Assembly (NCBI RefSeq): GCF_964204645.1
Contig: NC_134030.1
Span: 5,808,778-5,872,777, forward strand
Length of the DNA stretch: 64,000 nt
Direction of reading: 5' to 3'
DNA from: Tubulanus polymorphus
Lineage: Eukaryota > Animalia > Nemertea
Shown here: piece after piece, positions 28,670 to 41,000 of the stretch
Numbering within the stretch: position 1 is the first letter of the stretch
Layout of the letters: each line of letters begins with the position of its first letter
Notes under the pieces: generated by a model
Databases searched by the model: none
Told to the model about the DNA's origin: nothing
The model's input: only the letters and a program-made list of their open reading frames with translations
Translations under genes and position numbers: made by a program

Positions 28670-30265
28670 ACGCCACGTCTGACTTTGTACCATTCCTGTC
28701 GAGTTAAGTTTCTATTAGCATATATGTACTTTCGTACGTGTGGATACTGCAAAGTATAACACCTGAAATTAAGACCGCAGATTCATAAAGAATCTATTGA
28801 CTAAAAAGATGACGTTTGTGTTTTATATGCCTGGCTGTATTAAGTATGTATTTTATTTTACTAGTATAATTAAGTCTTAAATGTTATTTTATACTTTAAA
28901 TGTATATATACGTATTAATTTTTTAAAATTGCAGCAGGAAAAAAGCTATGGAATACTTCAACATTGTACATTCCGCAAACAACCTTATAAGATAGTATAT
29001 ATAATTTTCCACAAAGTTTTCAAAGTTCGTGTATTTTACTCTGACTATGTACTCACGTATTATGGTGTATAATCTATGTTTTTCCATTGTTGGACTGGAC
29101 GTTACTTGAAACGGCCATGTATAGATTATTTGGATTTCCATGTTCTAGATTTACTCTTAGTTTCCGTGTAATGAAATGAAGAAAAAAATCCACTTTGAAA
29201 CTCCATACAACAGATCGAGTTAGCCGTATATACGAAATGAAAATATTTTTCCTACAAAATCCAGTTCTGAATTTAAGTCCGTCTCGAAATCTGAACCGTC
29301 CCTCTCAGTCTCTTGGAGTAGATTGATGATGATAATAATCATAATAATAAGATAGACTTAATTGCCGTCCTGCTGGTCTGAGGTGAATGAGTTCACTCGC
29401 GTTCGTTTCCATCCTCCATTTAATTCCATCCTTTGTATCTCGGCCCCGAGTATAAATATTCGTCCGTTTTAGATTTATATTTATTCATTCTACAGCAACT
29501 TTTAAACATATTACTCTCATGTTCATTTATACTTCGCGAAAAGCGAAACTATTAAAAAGGGTTCGTCTTTCTTGAAAACTCCTCGAAATTCTAGAAATAC
29601 TTACAAGGACCTCAGATCTCCGCTAAATTTGAGAAATTCACCGGCTTCAAACTCATACATTTTTAGACGGTCCAAAAGAGTGTATCGAGGCACCCCGCAG
29701 TAGTGTAAACCCTGTGAAATTTGTTCAGTCAGAATTAATGGAACCTCGTTCTATGTCGGTTATAACCACCGTCTTTATTCCGTTTATCTATGAAATTCGT
29801 TAGTTTATCCACTGATATGAATTAGCCATGGCTTCAGAATCCGTGGTGAAGCTTAAAAATATCAACAAACCTAATCTTTGTAAATATATTCATACATTCA
29901 ACTATACGTATCGTGTAAAATGCACTTCTTAAAAGAAAATTATGAAATAAAATTGAAACTTTTCGGATGCATTTACCTCAGTGATGGCTTTGCATCCCCC
30001 TCCCCGTCGACAGACACGCATTTCGATTTGAATTGAAAATTTCGATGCGATAATTTTTTTCAGGTGAATTAGAGAAAACATTATAGATAATCTGTTAAAC
30101 ATAGTATGTACGTCCTTTTTGCAAAAACTTAACTTGCAAATGGATGATTACTTTGAAATTGTTAGTTTTAGTCCCGCGGCTTTTCCTAATTGCTTTCAAT
30201 CTTTGTCTGTTTTCGGTTTAAAAACATAACAAGCCATCTTTATATATAATATGATATTCTTTATA

Positions 30266-30377
<112 letters not shown>

Positions 30378-32115
30378 TGCTTATGTTGACGATGTAAAAA
30401 AATAATCAATTTCGCCGTTACATTATAACACCTATAATAACTTAATGGTGATTTTGAAAAAAGTAATATTATTTATCTATATTTATAAACTACGACGCAT
30501 CAGGAACGTATGTAATAAAATAAAAGAATTATTTGTATGACAACTGATCGTTTTGTTTGTCTCTTTTTATAGAACTATTTTTTCATTCATCGGTCCGTCC
30601 AAGTCGATCAATGACTACCTTGGTGTGAACGAATACGTCGTGTGACCGTTTCACCTGTTGGTCTTTTTAATTCATCAGTATGATTAGATTAAACCACATC
30701 TCACTCTGAAATATCAGTCGTAGTCGAGTAACCCGCTTGGTACGGCTTAAGTTTAATAAACTTTTATGAAGTATCAATATTCAAATCATTAGGGTAAACG
30801 GCTAACTGTGGCCGGTAGGGAAATTCGCTTACTATAAATCAAATATTGAAGCGACAGATGTGTAAATTCAATTCGACCTCCAAAACATATCAAGTTTAAT
30901 TCGATTTTATATAAAATACATCGAAGGGAAAAATTGACCTGAAGTATTCATACCTACCAAATCCACTGCCAACGTCCAATGCCAGCCAATCTAAAGAGCA
31001 CTCTTCGATACATGTTCTTCAATTCATAACATCAGTACCGAAGCTTCAAGGCCCATGGGCTTCTTGTTTATGGATTTTGTCTTACAGTCGTTTCTTAATA
31101 AGATCATTATTAGAATTACCAATCAGATTTAGAAATGTACGTCGTTGACTCTTTCTTTGCGCACACAACAAGCCGGACTACCAATAGCAAATTACATAAA
31201 AACATATAATGTCCGTGTTGAATAACCTTTAGTAGAATGATCGATGCCACTTCGAAGGTCGCCGCGTCTGCGATTGAGATAGTACATATTCATTTTGAAT
31301 AGATCACACGAATATAATGATTTACAACAGATGTGACCAAGCCTGATACATATAATATGCATATACTGATTTAGAGAGATGCATATACCGAAAGATATTT
31401 CTTTTGACTCCATTATTGATTGGTAACAAGTTTAAACGGTTTAGAAATTGTGAACAGTCGCTGTTGTTTTTGGAGTAATAGAAAGAACAACACTTATGAT
31501 AGTACTTAAAAACAAAAGGTAAGAATTATCGAGAACAGACTTGATTAATTAAATATTTGTTGCACAATTGCGGAAGATCTAGACGAATGAATAAATCGAA
31601 CTAAGAACATCGGATGACCGCAAAAAATACCGAACCGTTTTGTTGGCAGATTTACTTCTTTTGAAAATCGTTTGGTTGAGGTTTAGCAAGGAGGAATCTC
31701 TCGAAAAGACTACATGGCAAAAAGCTTTTTGATCGGAATTTTAAACAAATGCGCGACATTTTTTACACTTGTTATCTTTTGTCATAAGCCGTTTTTATCA
31801 TATCTAAATCGTATTAGCGTTTGTCATTGGCCACATAGCATGGCCTCAATAACGTCAGTGGATTCTTAGACTCTAAAACATTGATTTCCATATGCTGCTC
31901 CACGGCACTGGGGTGTGCCTCCATATGGCTCTCAAAAGAAGTTTGCAGATTTTATCATCAAAATGTTTTCGAAGGACTACAGCAATTGTGATCAAAACAA
32001 CCGGTCTAAACTGGTAAGAAATATTTGAATGTTTCACGGTTTAAAAGATCGCTTGTTGTACCACAAAAAAGACATCTTAGTTCGTAACATGGATGCATAA
32101 ACTAGTCTAGCCTGA

Positions 32116-32181
32116 AAAAGTGATACCTTGTTTCTCATTTTGCTGAGCTTAAAGGTTGACCCGGCCGGCCGCTTATATACC
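32116..32181. repeat. Dispersed repeat fragment; inverted copy at about 40921-40982
   Basis: Its reverse complement AGGTATATAAGCGGCCGGCCGGGTCAAC...AAATGAGAAACAAGGTATCA resembles AGGTACATAGGCGCCGGCCGGGTCAAC...AAATGAGACTTGAGGTATCA at 40922. Confidence 0.6.
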
Positions 32182-32963
32182 TACATTAATTTCTTTTAAA
32201 GTCATGATAAAGTAAATATTATAGACGCGGCAATTAACAAAATGACCCGACCGATTAGGAGAAACAAGGTGTCACTTGTCTTTTTAGCCTTATACCACCA
32301 TGATCCAGACCAGCGTGGAACTCGATGTAATTGTCAAACGTCTGCCTGGATCTGTTTTCACTAAGGTATAATGTGCATACACCATACGAAACTTTCGCTG
32401 CACAAAACGGGGCGTATCCCCATACCTCGTTAACAAACACAATTTGCGTGTTATATTGCTACTCGTTTGTTTTTGCCATTCGTCGGTAACGTAATCTAAT
32501 TACATTTTTGGGTGGGAAATATATTGCATTCGTGTGTTGCCAGTGTTGTTTGCCCATCCATTGATATATTATCAACTTGACAAACACAGAATATGCAAAA
32601 TGTATATGATCAGTGTTGTATGCTGAGCCCTGCACCTAGCATTAACATTCTATCGCCTTCACATTATCCTGTTCAAAATAGAAAACCTTGCCATATCGAC
32701 TAAACTGGGTAAGTACGCTTTTCTACCAAATTCGTTTTCTCGAAGTACGAAGCACTTTCGCATCTCTATTTATCTTTGTTTCATTGACAATCTTGAGACT
32801 TGGTTGTATTGATAAGAAAAACTTAAACTGTAAAACGTTTCGTTTACGATGAAAAGACGATAATTTCTCAATTATTTCTAGTTGTAGTAAGTCAAATCGA
32901 GGTATATTACATATACCTTACTCCAAATGACAGATAATTTAGCAGTTTTTCAGTATTAGCTCT

Positions 32964-34037
32964 TCAAAGTACACTGTGGTCATCCGAACATGTCGGAACG
33001 GCACAATATTCCCATCTCATCTCGCGGTCCATTGTGTAACACCATGGCTCTGCTGAGTCGTCAGGATTTCGGCAATAGTTCACCGATTCGGAGCTGATGT
33101 CTTCGAATTCACTGATATCTTGTACAAGCCGGCGGTATGGTTTGTGAGGCGCGGTACTGTCCCACCGTTGACAATTGATTCCCGAACGTGTCTGATGATG
33201 AAGCCACGATATTCTTTGCCTTTCGTGGTCCATTTGCAATGTTTCGCTGAAAATGGTCCAGATAGGGTTTGATGAAAAATTTAAAGATTCGAACATGTTG
33301 TTGGTGGTATGGGCATCGATCACTTCGTTATCGAACGCCTGCGAAAGGAGACGGAAATTATCTTATGCCTATAGGTTAATATATTTGTACATAATGCCTG
33401 GCATTATAACTTAATGCATCGAATTTTAATACCTCTCAGTTTTCTGCAGCATTTGAACATATCAAGACGTGATATTTGTTAAATTAGATATTGTATTCAC
33501 AGCTGCTGTCAACTCGATTTAGGCATTTCGGAATGCTAAAATGAATTTCCAGCATCTATGACTAAATAAAAACTAATATCCACCCAAAATCGAGTATTCA
33601 TTCATTAGGTTTTTGGTATTGTGAGACCCAGCCCCGAAGCCTGGGTATAAACTGGTTTTATTACATTCAATTATATCTAAAGCTGCTCGAAACACGACAA
33701 TCATATTCATCATACCTTGCTGTAAGTATCTGATGTGGTTCAGGATGAGTAGATATTCCTCGTTAGGGAAATCGTCGTAATGCCGCAGTACGACGGAACC
33801 GGTCTTTACAATCGAACACTTTCGGCTAACAACGTCGTATCTAAACGCCAGGCATACACCTATGTATCTTCTATACGCACAACCCCTGCCGCATTGTATC
33901 GCCGAATTCATTCCATTCAATATCTCGATTTCAACGTCTTTTTTCAATTCCACATTTCGTGCGACGAACGTAGTTTCCCTAGAAAAACTAACTACAGCTA
34001 AATAGGCAAATATCGCCAAACAGGTTGAGGTAACCAT
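32964..34037 (-). pseudogene. Secreted PAN/apple + kringle protein (about 201 aa if repaired); exons 34037-33716 and 33246-32964; 1-nt frameshift near 33197 (pseudogene, null allele or assembly error)
   Basis: Signal peptide MVTSTCLAIFAYLAVVSFS and PAN pattern CxxxC...CLAFRY...C. Phase-1 donor CAAG|GTATGA fits acceptor CCATTTTCAG|CG. The kringle start CKWTTKGKEYRG is in one frame and QTRSGINCQRW...NYCRNPD...PWCYT...WEYC in another. Spliced length is 605 nt, one short of a multiple of 3. Confidence 0.8.
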
Positions 34038-35060
34038 CGCACCGCTTGTGTAGCCTATGCCGCATCGATTACATTCCACTTTTGACTAGATTCGAAGATT
34101 TCGTGCGTTGAATATTTCAGTTCGTCGATTGTATTCGATAATATGAAATCATCTGTAATTATTTCGGACCAGCCGATCATTACAGTTGACTAATAGTTGA
34201 AAGTCGTGTTTGTGATGCGGGGATAGATGTATCAGCGAAATTAATTCATGCTATTTGCGTTGGAATATCGAACAAGCCTAGTGAATTCTGATGTAGCCAG
34301 GTAGACAAAAACAAATAAACGATTCATTAATTTTTTCGTAAACAACTTATAATATGTATATTTTCGGTTTCGTTCGTTTTCCACAATCATTTAAATATAC
34401 AAAATCGAGTGATGTTGAGCAATAACAAATTTGTTATAATTACGAACCCCTTTTTACAGTGAATAATTTACTCGGTTATATTTATGCGTTATTTAAAAAT
34501 CTAAAACTTAAAAAACCAATTAATACGTATAACCATTCGATAACATTTTGATGTTTCAAATGTAAATTTCCAACGAATCTATAAAAATACATTTTGATCA
34601 TTTCACAAACTCTACTCTCCTCAATTTGCGCTGGCGATGCCACAAAAATATTTCCATCCAACGTTTGCTCCCGACCTTATTGAAACTTAGTCATACGACC
34701 AGCCCTATTATATGGGCACATTTCAAGTGTGTTCATCGGTTTCTATGATACCACTAGCCTAGCCCATCGTGCGAGTATATATAAGCAGACCCGATAAATT
34801 AATATTTACATAAAGCACATAACAAATAATAATGACATAGACTATGTATAGCGTAAAAGCCACATCGTTATGTTTGAACAGACGGCATATTTAAATATTC
34901 CAGAATATAAAGTTATCAATCTCTTAAAGTCTTTTAGTATCGGCAACAAGTATGTAACGGTAATGGTGGTGCGAGTGTTTTTTAAGAAACGTCCGGTAAA
35001 TTAGCGACAATTCCTATGCCGTATTTATAACGTCCGATCGTAAAACTACGATATTTATCG

Positions 35061-38000
35061 TCATTCATCGAAATCGGGTTTTCCGAAGAATTCGTCCTCA
35101 TTCTTGACCACCAGTCCATCTAGAAATAAAACGAATGTGAATTACATCCTCAGACAGAAATAAGATAGAAGTAGTTAACATCCTTCTAATGATGCGAATG
35201 ATAAGAAATCCGTTAGAAGATTTGAAAGAGATTTACAGAGCTTTACAACATCTATGTATCTATATTTCTGACGATTTTTTCCAGCTCTCTTTACTCAACC
35301 TGAGCAGCGTCTAATCGGCCATTACGACGGTTTAGTTCATTAGTTCCTTAATCATTGAATGTGCAAATACAGAAAACGTTGCAAAGGTCACTGCAAAATC
35401 GGTGAAATTTGCTTGCAATAACCTCTTATGTTTTCTTTTCAAACATCGGTTTCAAAAGATGGTGTACATAACACGCATGTGGGTGCAAATAGAATACCAC
35501 CCAGAGAAATAGCAGCAAAATCAGTCAATTCATCTCTACAGGTCACCCGGGTAGAGTGAATGGATAAGCTGAAAGATAATTCCATCGATAAGACAATAAC
35601 CTTTGCAACGCGTCTGGTAAACGAGACAACCAAGTGGATTAATTGATCCTATCCCGAGTTCCGCAGTGGCCTGTAGAGAAGAAACCAACCTGTGAAGGTT
35701 GCACGGGTTTTGTTTTGGCATGGCATCGTCATAGGTTGCCCTCATGTGACAGAAAATCACTGTGTATGACCGGGACGTCCTGCTTGCAATCATGTTTTTT
35801 ACATATATATTTTAATACGGTGAATTATCTGTGGTGATTGTGTTACAGTATATGATATCATGATGATACATATAATGCTTTGTGATAATGAATATGATAA
35901 CTAGGACATACTAACTTCCACGACCAAACTGAAATAGTATAATCGAAATCTATGAAGCATACATCAACTATATCGTCACAATGGTGAGTATGAAGGGTGA
36001 GTTTTCTACACGTATATGCTATTGCTAAAACAGTTAACAAGCCAAATAATATGAACATCTATGATCGTTTCGAAACCGTAGATTGTAATACTGTGAGTAT
36101 ATTGACTTCATCAACGATCTTTCCATCTATAGATATTTGGCATCTTGCTGGGTAGCTTCCTGCCCACCTTTCGTACCACAGTATTTAGTAACAAATCGGA
36201 ATAATGATAAGCTATATGTACTAAACGACTCCTCTATATGAAATTGATACATAACGTCTACTCGCTTACCGATTTATTTATCAGCTGCAAATATAATTCG
36301 GGGGTTTAACTTTGAGGTTAGTCAAGCAACTGTGCGCGGCAGACAAATTACGTATTTGAAGGGCTCGGACAATTTGATATCAAGGAGTGTATTTCGATCT
36401 CGTAATCAAACGAAAAGTAAAATAAATTGAATAACCACAAACGTTAAGTAATAAAAACTAAGCAAATCGAATAACCGAAAATGATTAAGAGGCAACGATG
36501 ATGAAAGATTTAGCAAAATCTTGATAGATCTTCAGAGGTTTCAACGCCATACCTGCATCGACAGATTGGTTATCTGTTTCATCTATATTCTTAGCGTCCA
36601 TTTTGCTCTTGTCGTTGTAACTCTCAGCTGGATCGACGGCGTTTTTCCTATTCAGAAAACGAGAAATAAATGAATAACCAACCTAGAAATATTATTCGAT
36701 ATATGTTGGGATTGGTATTAGAATCAATGCTGACATTAAACTTACTTATGCTTTACTAACGGTTTCTTGATACATTTTACAATTAGGAGGACTTACTTTA
36801 ATTTAGCATTTTTCCAATAGAACTCAAAGAATATGGCGCCCGCTACCAAACAACACACGAGTATGATAGACGCACCAATAACTGCAAAGAAGCGAATTTA
36901 AGTTTCGTTGATTATTTTAACAGTAATTGATATTTTCATTGATATATTGACATAGAGATGATGTTTTAAAGAAATCGAAAATTGTACGTACCTCCCCACC
37001 AAACAGCCGATATACATCCGGCCAGTTCACAACTAAATCAACAGAGGAAAAACTGATAAAATAATTGTACGAAAAATCTAATAAAGATAAATTAACATTG
37101 ATAATTTATCAGGCCATTGAATAGAAATGCATGTAGTGACGTGTACGGTACGAAGTATAAATCGGATATTTAACTTACGAGTCATCCGTCGATGCTCCTT
37201 GACTTGGCATCAGATCTGAAATCAGAAAGGAATTGTAATTTTGATGCTGAACGTAGTGAATCTATACTGTCAAATCAGAAAAGCTCATAAATGAAAGTAT
37301 CTATCTGTCCGAGAAATCTACGAATCTAGAAAGTCTTTTTTCGAAAGTTCCCTCCATCAAAAACTTACTTTCTTGACAAACAGTTCCATTCTGAATGTCG
37401 TAAAAGTTGTCCAGACATGCGCACAGTCCGTTCTTGCACGTACTGGCGATCACAGCAGCCGAACACTGGACACTAGTCGAACATGTTACATTGTCACCGA
37501 TAAAACCTATGATAGGAAAAAGAAATATTCGGTTTATATCGTTCACCGTCTTCATTTCGTTCCATCCGACGGTTTGTTGCTTAGTACGTATTAAAACACG
37601 ATGTTAGTGCTTGTTAGTAAGACAGATAAGTAAGAAGTATAAAGCGAAATGTGATGAAGATGTATACATTGTGAAATACTTACGTTTTTTACATTCAGTG
37701 CCGTTGTCTATTTCACTATGCCCCGGTATACAAGCGCACGTGTTTTTATAACTGACGACGTGACTGGTGACGTTAGTTTCCGTTCCGTTCACGGTCGTGT
37801 TTGTAGTAACGGTGACGTTGCTGTCGATTGTTGCGTTGTTGCAAAAAGTTTTCGGCACGGCAGCCGTGCAATCGTCATGACTCGAACAATCGGAGGATAC
37901 CGTACGTTTCGTGCACGTCGTGTTGTCCGCGTTTTCGTAGTAACCGCTCAAACAGCGACATCTTCCGGATTGACACGAACTATCGGTGACGGCGGAACTA

Positions 38001-41000
38001 CATTCGTCGTTCATCGAGCACGTGTCGTGTATTGTATTTTTGATGCAGTCATCCATCGCGTCTGACGGATGATAACCGACCAGACAAGCGCAGGTTTGGT
38101 TCAGACATCGACTGTTATTTACGGCTAAGCTGCAGTCGGAGTCCGCTAGGCAAGTGTTGTCTCCTATTTTACGTTTGTCGCAGCTCGTCAAATCAACAGA
38201 GTGTTGGTATCCGCCCAAACAGGCGCACTTGGAGCTGTGACATTTACTGTTCACTACTGCCGCGTTACAGTCGGCACTCGTCGAACAGGAGTCTTCAATC
38301 TTTCGTTTTTCGCAATGACTTGTATTCACGGGTTTGTAACCCATATCGCAAGTGCATCTTCCGCTGTGACAATTCACGTTGGTCATCGTAATGCAGTCTG
38401 TGTGAAGGCTACAAACATCCGATATTTGTCTCTCTGTGCACACAGTGTTACTTACAGTGGCGTAAAACCCGTTGTTGCATACACATGTACCCGATGTACA
38501 GTTACTGGACATAACGGCGTCGGAGCAATCCGGATGCGAGCTACATGTCGCGTCTCCTATCTTTCTTCGGATGCACTGCGTATTGGCATTCTCGGCATTA
38601 TACCCGCTCAGACAAGCGCACGTACCAACATTGCAAAAACTGTTGGTGACTGCGTGTGAGCAGTCCGTGTGAACCACGCACGTGGCATCCCCTATTTTTC
38701 GTCTCCGGCATTGGCTATTCCCCGATTCGGCGTTGTAACCACTGTTGCAAAGACAGACGCCGTTTGAGCAGTTGCTGTTGGGGACAGCGTGCGAACAATC
38801 GGTATCTATTGAACAGGTTGCGTCCGTGATTTTTCTAAGCGTGCAAGTGTCGTTTTCTGAGTTAGCGTGAAATCCGCTGTTGCAATAACAGGTGCCAGTC
38901 GTACAATTGCTGTTTGTAACAGCAGCTGAACAGTCGACATCGATAGAACATGTAGCATCAAAAACTCGCCTCAAAACGCATCGAGTGTCGCCATCCTGAG
39001 ATACGTAACCGGTGTTGCATGAACAAGTGTTACTGGTGCACGAACTCTGATTGACCGCGTGTTCGCAATCCGTGTTAACGGAACACTGATCACCGATCAC
39101 TCTCAATGTGCAAGTGGTTAGATTCGAGCCGGGTGTGAAACCGCTGTTGCACAAGCACGTCCCGTTGGTGCAGTTACTGTTAGTTACGGCATCGTCACAG
39201 TCGGCATCGACGGTACAAGTCTGGTCGTTGATCTTTCGACGTTCGCAAACAGTATTTGCGCTAATTGCGTTGAAGCCGCTATCGCAGACGCACGTACCAT
39301 TTGAACAGTGACTGTCGGTTACTGCATCGCTACAATCCGAGTCGAGGTTACACGTCGCATCGCCGATTTTTCGTTTCAAACAGACGGCATTCGATCCATC
39401 GTCGAGAAAGCCGCTATTGCAGACACACAGACCGTCCGTGCAGTTACTGTCAGCGACCGCGTGGGCGCAGTCGGTGTGTAATGAACATACGTCCCCGATC
39501 ATCCTCTTCGTGCAGGTTCGACTCGTCGTGTCGTTCATATCGGCGTAGTAGCCGCTATTACAAACACAAGTATTAGCGGTACAGTTCGTCGAGTTGACGG
39601 CACTGTAACAGTCTATGTCCACGTTACAGTCGTCACCGATACGACGAAGGGTGCAGTTGTCTTTAGCGGAATTTGAGATGAAGCCATGCACACAAGTGCA
39701 CTGATCAGTCGCTGGACAATAGCTGTCCACGACGGCATCTTTGCAATCCGTGTCCAAAGAACAGTGGTCGTCTATCTGCCTTAATCTACACGCAGTTCCA
39801 TTAGACGTGGATATGTATCCCGTATTACATAAGCACGTGTTATCCGTACAGTTACTGTTTTGTATCGTCGGGGTACAGTCCCCATCAACGTTACAAACGT
39901 CGTTAACTTCGCGGGCTACGCATGTCGTGTTACCGGCAGTAACGTAATATCCCGGGTTACAGGCGCATTGGTTATTGTTACAATTGCTGTTGGTAACGGC
40001 GTTTATACAGTCCGCGTTCGATGAGCAAGTTTCGTATATTTTTCGGCGTACGCATGTGCCGTTTTCTTCGCGAAAACCCGATCCGCAAAGACAAATACCC
40101 CCCGCCGTGCATACGCTGTTCGCCACCGCGTCGCTGCAGTCGGTGTCCACGCTGCAGTGCGTGACGTCATTCAGCGTACGCAATGTGCACGTAGCGTTTA
40201 CGTTGGTCGAGTAGTAACCGGAGTCGCAGGTACAAACATTGTTGCCGCAGTTACTATGTTGGACGGCGTGGGAACAGTCGGTATCCACCGCGCACGAATC
40301 GTAAATCCGTCCTGAAAAACGACCAGAGATATTCCATTTATAGATCAAAGAATTTGGTATCTCTCAGATGGTGTATCAATTTCACACGAACTTAAAACTG
40401 ATGACGTTAGTGCTTCTCGGATATCTAAACATGGAACAAATAAAATACAACGATAATGTGTTTGATAAAAAAGCAGTTTGTCGATTCTAGGAGACATTCA
40501 ATCACTTGCACTCGGATGTTGGCATCTGCAATTCTTCATTCCATTCAGGTCACTCCGCAAAAAAATGGAAAAGTGCAAAAAATTAATGAAATTTCTAACT
40601 ACACATCCTACGCACTACACATCATTTACTTACGCAATACACATTGGGTATTGGCGTTTTCGGGCCGGTAACCCGAGTTACAGTGGCAGCTATTGTCGGT
40701 ACAGTTGCTTAGGGCAACGGCGTCCGAACAATCTGTGTCTACGAAACAAGCGTCCGATATCTTCCCTGAAAATCAATCATATTAATATAGATCAATGAAT
40801 CGATAAGAGATCAAACGCCCACATGTCCATGCCGGGATTCTGTTTTCGACAGCATTTTAGGCTAAACAAATAATTTCTATGGTAAAATTGATTAAAATGA
40901 TTTGAAAAGAAATATTTTACAAGGTACATAGGCGCCGGCCGGGTCAACTTATTAGTAGAAATGAGACTTGAGGTATCAATTTAGCCAAACCATACGACAG

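Noticed and set aside
33247-33443. Extra exons for the PAN-kringle gene (acceptor at 33338, 11-nt microexon near 33433-33443)
   Set aside because: These give in-frame stops or lose the first kringle Cys and YRG. The 33246 acceptor with a frameshift fits the domain better.
37718-40214. Plus-strand ORFs opposite the EB-repeat exon, and 47836-48426 opposite GT31
   Set aside because: Antisense shadows of real coding exons.
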